Below, piece by piece: positions 45,668 through 53,357 of a DNA stretch of 64,000 nt. Origin of the DNA: an uncultured Planctomycetia bacterium (GTDB lineage Bacteria > Omnitrophota > Gorgyraeia > 2-02-FULL-51-18); NCBI GenBank assembly GCA_964606485.1, contig CAZSGP010000001.1, positions 353,085-417,084 on the forward strand, read 5' to 3'. How positions within the stretch are numbered: position 1 is the first letter of the stretch; the number at the start of each line of letters is the position of its first letter. The notes under the pieces were generated by a model. The model saw only the letters and a program-made list of their open reading frames with translations, ran no database searches and was not told the origin of the DNA. The position numbers and the translations under genes were made by a program.

Positions 45668-46585
45668 ATGAGACATTTTAATCCAAGACACGACCGGCAT
45701 GAGCGTCCGCGTCAGCGCGACGAGGCGGAGAGTCGGTTTCTAGCCGGTATCGCCGTCGACCCATCTCCGAGAATTCGCCTAGAAGACGGCTCTAAAGAAT
45801 TCACCACGCGCGCCATAGATCTCATTTGTCCCATCGGAATGGGGCAGAGGGGTTTGATTGTGGCACCTCCCGGTTCCGGTAAAACGACTTTCTTGAAACA
45901 CATTTGTCAGGCCGTATCGAAATCTCAGCCTGCGATAAAACTTTACTGCCTGCTCGTTGACGAGCGCCCCGAAGAGGTGACTGATTTTAAACGAAGTGTT
46001 CCCGCAACGCTTTATTGGTCCTCCTCCGATGAAAGTTATGAAAATCATATCCGCGTGGCAGACGAATTGATGCGCCAAGCGATTCGCGAGGCGGGCAATG
46101 GTGAAAACGTGATGGTGGTGATTGATTCGCTCACACGTCTCTCGCGCGTGCACAATGCCGAACGTGGCTCGAGTGGACGGACCCTTTCAGGCGGAGTAGA
46201 TGCGCGAGCGCTCGAAGTACCGCGACGAATTTTTGGCATGGCGCGCAAAATTGAAAATGCCGGCTCACTCACGATTCTTGCCACAATCTTAGTCGACACC
46301 GGAAGCCGCATGGACCAAGTCATCTTTGAAGAGTTTAAAGGCACCGGCAATATGGAAATTGTTCTAAGCCGCGAAATCTCCGGGCACCGCATTTACCCGG
46401 CAATTGATATTTCTAAAAGCATGACGCGACGTGAGGAATTATTGGCCACCGGTCCCGAACTCGGCAACATGCGCAAACTCCGCCGCGAACTGGTGAAGCT
46501 CGGCAGTGTCGAAGCCGCCAAAACGCTCGTGTCTCTCCTCGAAAAATTTCCCACAAACACCGAACTTCTCGCGGCTCAGCGTTAA
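45668..46585 (+). CDS. rho: Rho termination factor homolog consisting only of the C-terminal RecA-type ATPase domain (no N-terminal RNA-binding/OB domain)
   Basis: Walker A LIVAPPGSGKTT, LLVDERPEEVTD, Q-loop-like LVDTGSRMDQVIFEEFKGTGNMEIVL, and PAIDISKSMTRREELL. The ORF is closed 18 nt upstream of the ATG by an in-frame TAA, so no NTD can be encoded here. Confidence 0.8.
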   Translation: MRHFNPRHDRHERPRQRDEAESRFLAGIAVDPSPRIRLEDGSKEFTTRAIDLICPIGMGQRGLIVAPPGSGKTTFLKHICQAVSKSQPAIKLYCLLVDERPEEVTDFKRSVPATLYWSSSDESYENHIRVADELMRQAIREAGNGENVMVVIDSLTRLSRVHNAERGSSGRTLSGGVDARALEVPRRIFGMARKIENAGSLTILATILVDTGSRMDQVIFEEFKGTGNMEIVLSREISGHRIYPAIDISKSMTRREELLATGPELGNMRKLRRELVKLGSVEAAKTLVSLLEKFPTNTELLAAQR

Positions 46586-46762
46586 GCGGAAGCCAGTCAA
46601 AAAAGCTTCCTCGCTCCAGGTCCCCCGCCTTCGGCGGGCCACGCCTATTCCGATGTTAGATGAGTTTTTTGGTGAATTATCATGCGAATAAAATCCAAAA
46701 CGTTTGGGTTCTGTGGTCGGCGCATGCCTTTCGCTCCGGAAACTTTTTTGACTGGCTTCCGC
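46586..46762. mobile_element. MITE-like 177 bp element with perfect 20 bp terminal inverted repeats (GCGGAAGCCAGTCAAAAAAG / CTTTTTTGACTGGCTTCCGC)
   Basis: TIRs at 46586-46605 and 46743-46762. The interior is non-coding. It carries a CCCGCC-TTCG-GCGGG tetraloop hairpin right after the rho-like stop, and the TCGCTCC motif repeats directly inside both ends. Confidence 0.45.
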
Positions 46763-46782
46763 TTCTTTGTGTTTGCCGGGCT

Positions 46783-46843
46783 AGTCGGAGTTGAGGGGTG
46801 TTCGCAGGCGTAGTGAACCGAATACCCCTCAACGCCGACTGGA
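46783..46843 (+). repeat. Hairpin repeat element, copy B (same family as 43656-43706, with 10 nt loop insertion)
   Basis: GTCGGAGTTGAGGGGTG-TTCGCAGGCG-TAGTGAACCGAATACCCCTCAACGCCGACTGGAT. Same orientation as copy A. Confidence 0.55.
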
Positions 46844-46853
46844 TGACGCGTTA

Positions 46854-49079
46854 CTAGTGCCGTGTTTCTTTAATTCGAAGCGTGAGGCCGATGCGCTTGC
46901 GGGGGAGATCAATCGTTAAAACTTTAACGGTGACAATTTGCCCAGTCTTAACAACGGCATGCGGATCTCGCACGTAGTCGTTCGCGAGTTCTGAAATGTG
47001 AACGAGTCCATCCTGGTGAACGCCAATGTCCACAAACGCACCGAAGTTAGCGACGTTGGTGATCGTGCCTTCCAGAATCATGCCGGGTTTTAAGTGTTCC
47101 ATTTCAGTGATTTTAGAATTCAGCACCGCCGCTTTAAACTCAGGGCGCGGGTCGCGTCCTGGTTTTTCGAGTTCTTCTAAAATGTCGGAAACCGTAGGCA
47201 CGCCAAATTTTTCGTCGGCGTATTCCTCGGGTTTTAAATTTTGCAAGATTTCTGATTTGCCTAGAAGCGTTTTAAGGTCGAGCGACTGACGCTCCAAAAT
47301 TTTATGCACGACTGGGTACGACTCGGGGTGAACGGCGGACGCATCCAGCGGATTGTCACCGTTTGGAATTCTTAAAAAACCCGCCGCTTGCTCAAATGTG
47401 CGCGGACCAAATTCGAATATTTTCTTAAAATCTTCACGCGATCTAAACGCACCGTTTTCGTTGCGGTACAAAACCATTTTATCGGCCACGCGGCGCGTGA
47501 GGCCGGCGACGTAAGACAAAAGAGAAGGGGACGCGGTGTTCACATCGACGCCGACGGCATTTACGCAGTCTTCGACCACGTTGTGAAGCATTTTACCGAG
47601 ACGAATTTGATTCACGTCGTGTTGATATTGACCCACACCAATGGACTTGGGATCGATTTTCACGAGTTCCGCGAGCGGGTCTTGCAGGCGCCGCGCAATA
47701 GAAACCGCGCCACGCAAAGTAACATCGAGCGTTGGCAGTTCACTCGAGGCCAGTTCCGACGCCGAATACACCGACGCCCCCGCCTCAGACACCACAATTT
47801 TTTGAATCTTAGAATCCGGCAATAATTTTATAAGATCGACGGCCAGTTTGTCGGTTTCGCGTGACGCGGTGCCGTTTCCGATGGCGACAAGTTCGATGGA
47901 GTGTTTTTGAGCGAGCTCTTTTAATTTTCGAAGCGCGCCATTCCAGTCGTCGCCCGGTGGGTGAGGGTAAATCGTGGCGCACTCGAGCACTTTTCCGGTT
48001 TTGTCGACACAAGCGACTTTGACGCCGGTGCGAAAGCCAGGGTCAAGACCCATCGTGGCGCGGCTACCGCCGGGTGCTGCCAAGAGAAGGCTTTTTAAGT
48101 TTTGAGCGAACACGCGAATCGCTTCCTCTTCCGCGTTCTTTTTGAGCCGCAAGATCAAATCAATTTCAAGGCCGGCGCGAATTTTGTATTTCCAGGCAAA
48201 CTTCACTGCTTCCAAGAGCCACGGGTCTCGCAGTGACCGAGCCAAGCGCACGTTAAATTTTTTAAGAATTTCAAAAATGTATTCTTCGTCTTCGGTTTTT
48301 TTATCGGTGTAGCCCACAAGGCCGGTTGTCTCCATTCGAACCGATAAAACACCTTCCGCGCGCCCGCGCAAGATCGCGAGAATCCGGTGAGAGGGGAGTT
48401 TCGCAAGCGCTTCACGGAAATCAAAATAATCTAAAAATTTCTGAGCGTCAGCGACCTGCATTTTATCTTTTGCGGAAACCTTGGAGTAAAGATAACCTTC
48501 GCGCCAGAATTTTTCACGCAAGAAACTCACGAGCTCCGGATTTTCAGAAAAAGTTTCCGCCAAAATGTCCCGCGCGCCGTTTAGTGCTTGCTCAAGCGAG
48601 GCAATGCCTTTAATTTCGGAAACGTATTTCAAGCCTTCTGCTGAGGGGTCCGTAGCGGAGTCGTTTAAAATTTTGAGAGCAAGGGGTTCGAGTCCAGCGG
48701 CGCGAGCGGCTTCGGCCCGGGAATTTTTTTTAGGTTTAAATGGTAAGTAGAGATCTTCGAGTTCGGCTTTGGTTTGTGCTTTTTCAATCGCATCTTTCAC
48801 GGCGGGGGTTAATTTTCCCTGCTCTTGAATCGAGTCTAAAATAGATTTACGTCTCGATTCCAGTTCTCGCAAATACTCCAACCGATCGGCCAGTGCGCGC
48901 AAATGAGTGTCCGTTAGCCCGCCTGTAACCTCTTTGCGGTAGCGCGCAATGAAAGGAACGGTGGCGCCGCCATCCAAAAGACGGATCGCCGCCCAGATTT
49001 GATGAGGTTTCACCGCCAGTTCTTTGGCGATGGTTTGTTCTATGGGCAAAGAGCCCGCTTCGACGACGGTGGAATTCAT
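46854..49079 (-). CDS. tex: Transcription accessory protein Tex (YqgF/RNase H-like, HhH, S1 domains)
   Basis: N-terminal ...VPFIARYRKEVTGGL, YqgF domain, HhH motifs and a C-terminal S1 domain. 741 aa. Confidence 0.9.
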   Translation of the reverse strand: MNSTVVEAGSLPIEQTIAKELAVKPHQIWAAIRLLDGGATVPFIARYRKEVTGGLTDTHLRALADRLEYLRELESRRKSILDSIQEQGKLTPAVKDAIEKAQTKAELEDLYLPFKPKKNSRAEAARAAGLEPLALKILNDSATDPSAEGLKYVSEIKGIASLEQALNGARDILAETFSENPELVSFLREKFWREGYLYSKVSAKDKMQVADAQKFLDYFDFREALAKLPSHRILAILRGRAEGVLSVRMETTGLVGYTDKKTEDEEYIFEILKKFNVRLARSLRDPWLLEAVKFAWKYKIRAGLEIDLILRLKKNAEEEAIRVFAQNLKSLLLAAPGGSRATMGLDPGFRTGVKVACVDKTGKVLECATIYPHPPGDDWNGALRKLKELAQKHSIELVAIGNGTASRETDKLAVDLIKLLPDSKIQKIVVSEAGASVYSASELASSELPTLDVTLRGAVSIARRLQDPLAELVKIDPKSIGVGQYQHDVNQIRLGKMLHNVVEDCVNAVGVDVNTASPSLLSYVAGLTRRVADKMVLYRNENGAFRSREDFKKIFEFGPRTFEQAAGFLRIPNGDNPLDASAVHPESYPVVHKILERQSLDLKTLLGKSEILQNLKPEEYADEKFGVPTVSDILEELEKPGRDPRPEFKAAVLNSKITEMEHLKPGMILEGTITNVANFGAFVDIGVHQDGLVHISELANDYVRDPHAVVKTGQIVTVKVLTIDLPRKRIGLTLRIKETRH

Positions 49080-49131
49080 GGATCAGCAGTATATCAAATG
49101 AACGGCCGTCCATGGTATACTCACGCCACTT

Positions 49132-50490
49132 ATGACAAATGAAAATCAAACCGCGACGTTTTACGGCTTGGGAATCGCGCCAAGCATTTTAGAATTGTTA
49201 GACAAAATGAAGTACAGTGTTCCAACACCGATCCAGCAAAAAGCCATTCCGATTGGCCTGGAAGGAAAAGACGTGCTCGGAATCGCCCAAACGGGAACCG
49301 GGAAAACACTCGCCTTCGGAATTCCCATTATTCAACGCCTTCTGCAGAACCCGGGCCGCGCACTGATTTTGGTGCCCACTCGTGAACTCGCCGTGCAAGT
49401 TGATGAAACTTTGAGAAAATTAGGACAGCCTTACAACATCCGCACCGTGATTTTGATCGGCGGCATGAATATGTCCATGCAGGTTCAGCAATTGAAGAAA
49501 TCTTTCACGCGCGTGCTTATTGCAACGCCTGGACGTTTTTTAGATCATCTTCAGCAGCGCACGGTGAATCCGGCGGATCTGAAGACCGTGGTGCTCGACG
49601 AAGCGGATCGCATGCTCGACATGGGTTTTGCGCCGCAGATCTCAAAGATTGCCAAGTTTCTGCCCAAGGATCGTCAGACTTTATTCTTCTCGGCGACGAT
49701 GCCGGAATCCATTTTAAAAATTGCGTCCGAATACATGAAACTTCCGATCCGCATTGAAATCGCGCGACCGGGAACCACAGCGGACAAAATTACGCAGGAG
49801 CTTTTCATTGTCCGTCAGGGCATGAAGCAAATGCTGCTTGGAAAATTACTGGAGCAGTACCGCGGCAGCGTGCTCGTATTTGCACGCACGAAAATTAATG
49901 CCCGTAAAATTACTCAACATTTGCGTCAGACGGGGCATACGGCGAATGAAATTCACGCCAACCGTTCGCTCGGTCAGCGCCGTGAAGCGCTCGAAGGTTT
50001 TAAAACCGGGCGCTACCGCGTACTGGTCGCCACCGACATTGCCGCACGCGGCATTGACGTGAAGGGGATCGAGCTTGTCATTAATTACGATTTGCCGGAC
50101 GACATTGAAAATTATGTTCACCGTATCGGCCGCACCGGCCGCGCGGGACACTCCGGTCACGCGATTGCTTTGGCAACGCCGGATCAGGGGGCCAATGTTC
50201 GCGATATCGAAAAAATGATTCGCGGATCGCTTAAAGTTTCTATTCACCCGGCCGTTCCTCCGGAGAAATTTTCAGGAGCTTCGACGCCGTTTCGTCCTCA
50301 GCAGCAGCGGCATTCGAGCCAACATCGCCGGCCGCATGGCGGCGGACAGCACTCCCGTCCTTACGGGGGTGGTGGGAATTCGAGACCCTACGGCGGCGGC
50401 AATTCGCGCGGTGGAAATTCTCAAGGCGGCCAGTCACAAGGCGGTCATTCCAGTGGCGGACAAAGACCAAGAAATAGTTTCTACGACTAA
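49132..50490 (+). CDS. DEAD-box ATP-dependent RNA helicase (paralog of 38888-40201) with Gly/Arg/Ser-rich C-terminal tail
   Basis: All DEAD-box motifs are present and collinear with the first helicase. The tail reads GGGNSRPYGGGNSRGGNSQGGQSQGG. Confidence 0.9.
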   Translation: MTNENQTATFYGLGIAPSILELLDKMKYSVPTPIQQKAIPIGLEGKDVLGIAQTGTGKTLAFGIPIIQRLLQNPGRALILVPTRELAVQVDETLRKLGQPYNIRTVILIGGMNMSMQVQQLKKSFTRVLIATPGRFLDHLQQRTVNPADLKTVVLDEADRMLDMGFAPQISKIAKFLPKDRQTLFFSATMPESILKIASEYMKLPIRIEIARPGTTADKITQELFIVRQGMKQMLLGKLLEQYRGSVLVFARTKINARKITQHLRQTGHTANEIHANRSLGQRREALEGFKTGRYRVLVATDIAARGIDVKGIELVINYDLPDDIENYVHRIGRTGRAGHSGHAIALATPDQGANVRDIEKMIRGSLKVSIHPAVPPEKFSGASTPFRPQQQRHSSQHRRPHGGGQHSRPYGGGGNSRPYGGGNSRGGNSQGGQSQGGHSSGGQRPRNSFYD

Positions 50491-51043
50491 GCGTTGTTCT
50501 TGGTGCGGGGACGACCCGCTGTACGTGGCTTACCACGACACCGAGTGGGGAGTGCCCATTCACGATGACCGCAAACTCTTTGAATTCATCATCCTCGAGG
50601 GTGCTCAAGCAGGTTTAAGCTGGCTCACGGTTTTAAGAAAACGCGAAAACTACCGCAAGGCGTTTGATCAATTTGACGCTAAAAAAATTGCAAAGTACGA
50701 CGCCAAAAAAGTCCGCGAACTGTTAAACAATCCCGGAATTATCCGAAATCGTCTTAAAATTTCAGCGACCATCGACAACGCAAAAGCGTTTCTTAAAATT
50801 CAAAAAGAATTCGGTAGTTTCGACAAATATCTCTGGCGGTTTGTTGCGCATAAGCCTAAGCCCAACAAAATTAAAACCCTAAAAGACATTCCAGCGAAGA
50901 CGGCTGAGTCCGACGCCATGAGCATAGACTTAAAAAAACGCGGCTTCCGTTTTGTGGGTTCGACGATTTGCTACGCTCACATGCAGGCGACCGGGATGGT
51001 GAATGATCACTTTGTAGATTGTTTTCGGCGAGACGCCATCTAA
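50453..51043 (+). CDS. tag: DNA-3-methyladenine glycosylase I
   Basis: KRCSWCGDDPLYVAYHDTEWGVPIHDDRKLFEFIILEGAQAGLSW matches Tag. Start uncertain; an in-frame GTG was chosen so the product is ~196 aa. The first in-frame ATG, the alternative start, is at 50336 inside the helicase tail. Confidence 0.75.
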   Translation: MADKDQEIVSTTKRCSWCGDDPLYVAYHDTEWGVPIHDDRKLFEFIILEGAQAGLSWLTVLRKRENYRKAFDQFDAKKIAKYDAKKVRELLNNPGIIRNRLKISATIDNAKAFLKIQKEFGSFDKYLWRFVAHKPKPNKIKTLKDIPAKTAESDAMSIDLKKRGFRFVGSTICYAHMQATGMVNDHFVDCFRRDAI

Positions 51044-51109
51044 CTTGATTTAATGCGACACTTTCGCGCTTTCGCCGGCGTCTAACTCTATAGAAACGGG
51101 AGGAATAAA

Positions 51110-51469
51110 ATGAAAATTACATCTATTCTGGCAGCGCTATTGCTTTTTATTGCGGTTCCTGTATTCGCCAATGACGGCGGAGCCTGTGCGGCGAAGGGTA
51201 AGGGCGATTTTGCCCAAAAGAGAATTGAGCGCATGAAGGAAAAGCTTGCGTTGAGCGATGCTCAGGCCGACCAGATCAAGGGGATCTTTGAAGCCAAAAA
51301 GCAAAAAATGGAAGCGCTTAAGACAGAAATCGATGCCGAGGTGAACGCAGTTTTAACACCGGAGCAGAAAGAAAAGCATGAGGCGATGAAGAAGGAGTTC
51401 GCTGAGAAACATAAGAACGGCAATTGGAATAAGAAGAAACATCAGTCTAGCGAGTCACAAGAGTCCTAA
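51110..51469 (+). CDS. Periplasmic LTXXQ-motif protein (Spy/CpxP-like)
   Basis: Signal peptide, then two LTXXQ-like motifs (LSDAQADQ, LTPEQKEK). Helical, Lys/Glu-rich. Confidence 0.55.
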   Translation: MKITSILAALLLFIAVPVFANDGGACAAKGKGDFAQKRIERMKEKLALSDAQADQIKGIFEAKKQKMEALKTEIDAEVNAVLTPEQKEKHEAMKKEFAEKHKNGNWNKKKHQSSESQES

Positions 51470-51490
51470 AGCGCGGTAGCGTAAAAAAAT

Positions 51491-51524
51491 AAAGCCCGAG
51501 CCGGAATCCGGTTCGGGCTTTATA
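51491..51524 (+). terminator. Terminator-like hairpin (AAAGCCCGAGCCGGA / TCCGGTTCGGGCTTT)
   Basis: 14-15 bp stem with a U-tail interrupted by TATAAT. Confidence 0.4.
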
Positions 51525-51535
51525 ATGCTTAAATC

Positions 51536-52120
51536 ATGGAAGAGTTGAGCGAAAAACAAAAGGATCTTGAAATCATACAGCGCGTGCGTAAAGGCGACTG
51601 CCAAGCCTACGCGGACATTGTGCGTCGGTATCAGGTACGGGTATTGGCTCACTGCCGCACAATGATCGGGCAAGCGGACGCTGAGGACGCAGCCCAAGAA
51701 GCCTTTTTTAAGGCGTACCAATCGCTCGACCAGTTTCGCGAGGATTCGTCTTTTTACACCTGGCTTTACCGCATCGCTTCGAATCACTGTCTCACACTGC
51801 TGCGCTCCAAATCCCGCAAGCCCGTTGAATCTCTGGATGCTATCGCCGAAGATCAAAAGGAAGGGCTTTTAAATCTGTTTTCTCAAGGACCGGATTTTCG
51901 AGACACCATGGATGCTCGACAGCTTGTTGAGCGGGTTCTTTCGGCGCTTCCACCTAATTATTGCCTTGTTTTAACGCTTCGGGAGAGAGACGGTATGAGT
52001 TATGAGGAGATTGCGCAAGTGATGGAGAATTCGGTGGATTCTGTAAAGGCCCTTCTGCGCCGAGCGAGAGTGGAAGTTGAGGAGAAACTGCGACACTTTT
52101 TACCGCCGGATGGCGTCTAA
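51536..52120 (+). CDS. ECF (sigma-24/RpoE-like) RNA polymerase sigma factor
   Basis: Region 2 ...EDAAQEAFFKAYQSLDQF...YTWLYRIASN and region 4 LTLRERDGMSYEEIAQVM. Confidence 0.85.
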   Translation: MEELSEKQKDLEIIQRVRKGDCQAYADIVRRYQVRVLAHCRTMIGQADAEDAAQEAFFKAYQSLDQFREDSSFYTWLYRIASNHCLTLLRSKSRKPVESLDAIAEDQKEGLLNLFSQGPDFRDTMDARQLVERVLSALPPNYCLVLTLRERDGMSYEEIAQVMENSVDSVKALLRRARVEVEEKLRHFLPPDGV

Positions 52121-52139
52121 CAGGATAGGGAAAAAAGTT

Positions 52140-52472
52140 ATGGAAAACGACGACTCTAAAAACTGGAAGAAAATTTCAAAGGCGCTGTTCACTCAAAAGA
52201 GCGAGCCTGCTTCAGAAGCTTTTGTTCAAAGTGTGATGGGTCGCATCCGTCAGGCGCAGTCATCTCCGCGTCTTGTGCGCATTCCGTCGTACTGGTTTGC
52301 GCCGGTCATTGGAATTGCCGCCATGCTACTTTTAGCGATTTTGCCCGCTCGAGTGCCGGTGTCGGCGGAGTCGATTATCTTAGGCGGAACCGATGCTGTT
52401 TCCGGCATGGCGATCACCGGCAATGTGCCGGAAGCCGACGATATTTTGAGTTTTGTCATGGAGGAACAATGA
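52140..52472 (+). CDS. Putative anti-sigma factor (single-pass membrane protein)
   Basis: Immediately downstream of the ECF sigma gene. Cytoplasmic N-terminus, TM APVIGIAAMLLLAIL, short periplasmic tail. Internal ATG chosen. Confidence 0.45.
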   Translation: MENDDSKNWKKISKALFTQKSEPASEAFVQSVMGRIRQAQSSPRLVRIPSYWFAPVIGIAAMLLLAILPARVPVSAESIILGGTDAVSGMAITGNVPEADDILSFVMEEQ

Positions 52473-52828
52473 AAGCCCCTTTCAAAGAAATCATTATTGC
52501 ACTTTTAATCGGCGGCCTCGTGGGTTGGTTTGCGGCCACGCGCAGTTTTGAGAGACCCATGCACGGCCGGCACGGTCAGTTGATTGAAAAGTTTAGCCGC
52601 GAACTTCATTTAACACCCGCTCAGAAAGATCAGGTGAGCGTGGTTTTGGAGTCTAAACGCGCGCAGTTTAAAGCGCTTCGTGAAGAGATGAGCCCTCGTT
52701 TTGAACAGTTGCGCGCATCTTCACAAAAAGAAATCGAAAAAATTCTTACTCCCGATCAAATTCCCGCCTTCAAAAAGATGGAAGAGCGCTGGCAATCCCG
52801 CCGTCAAAAATGGGCAGATAAAAATTAA
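52469..52828 (+). CDS. Periplasmic LTXXQ-motif protein (Spy/CpxP-like), second copy
   Basis: N-terminal TM/signal, then LTPAQKDQ and LTPDQIPA motifs. ATGA overlap with the upstream gene. Confidence 0.5.
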   Translation: MKAPFKEIIIALLIGGLVGWFAATRSFERPMHGRHGQLIEKFSRELHLTPAQKDQVSVVLESKRAQFKALREEMSPRFEQLRASSQKEIEKILTPDQIPAFKKMEERWQSRRQKWADKN

Positions 52829-52891
52829 TTAGAACTGGTACCATGTAGGTAGGTTGCGGGAATCATCTCGCGTCGGTAAAGGGAGGTAAGC

Positions 52892-53122
52892 ATGACACAG
52901 AACGGTAAATGCTTGATCTGCAAGCTGATTGGCCTGTTGCTCGTGGTGGGTGCGCTCAACTGGGGTTTGGTGGGAGCATTCAACTTCAACGTGGTCGAGC
53001 GGTTGCTGGGAAGCGTGCCGCACGCCGTGAGAATTGTTTACATTCTCGTGGGACTCGCCGGCATTGCGGGAGTCGTTTCCTGTATAAAGAGTTGTCCGTG
53101 TTCGTGCAAGAAAGATAAATAG
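52892..53122 (+). CDS. DUF378-family small membrane protein
   Basis: LVVGALNWGLVGAFNFNVV matches the DUF378 core. Two TM helices and a Cys-rich C-terminus. Confidence 0.6.
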   Translation: MTQNGKCLICKLIGLLLVVGALNWGLVGAFNFNVVERLLGSVPHAVRIVYILVGLAGIAGVVSCIKSCPCSCKKDK

Positions 53123-53135
53123 AAGCAAATTATTG

Positions 53136-53173
53136 GCAGGACGGCATTCTTCTCAAGAGAATGCCGTCCTTTT
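53136..53173 (+). terminator. Rho-independent terminator
   Basis: GGACGGCATTC ... GAATGCCGTCC stem followed by TTTTT. Confidence 0.65.
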
Positions 53174-53357
53174 TACTGATATAATCTACGCATGAACACC
53201 CGCCCAATGCCCTCTGTTTTTGTGTCTGATTTTGGACCTTTTCTAGCCGTAGAAAATGACGGGTACATCAGCATCCGCTACGGCAACGGTTTAATGAAAA
53301 TTATTGTTTTTGGAGAGTCGTAGACGGGATGCAATTTTTGAGAACAATAAAATAGCT

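Noticed and set aside
46506-46691. 61-aa plus-strand ORF spanning the rho-like stop and the left end of the TIR element
   Set aside because: It starts inside the rho-like gene in another frame, has no RBS, and runs through a hairpin-rich non-coding element.
50336-50452. ATG at 50336 as tag start (track annotation)
   Set aside because: It would add ~50 aa translated from the alternate frame of the helicase Gly/Arg-rich tail with no similarity to Tag N-termini. An in-frame GTG at 50453 gives a canonical-length Tag. Kept as an alternative only.
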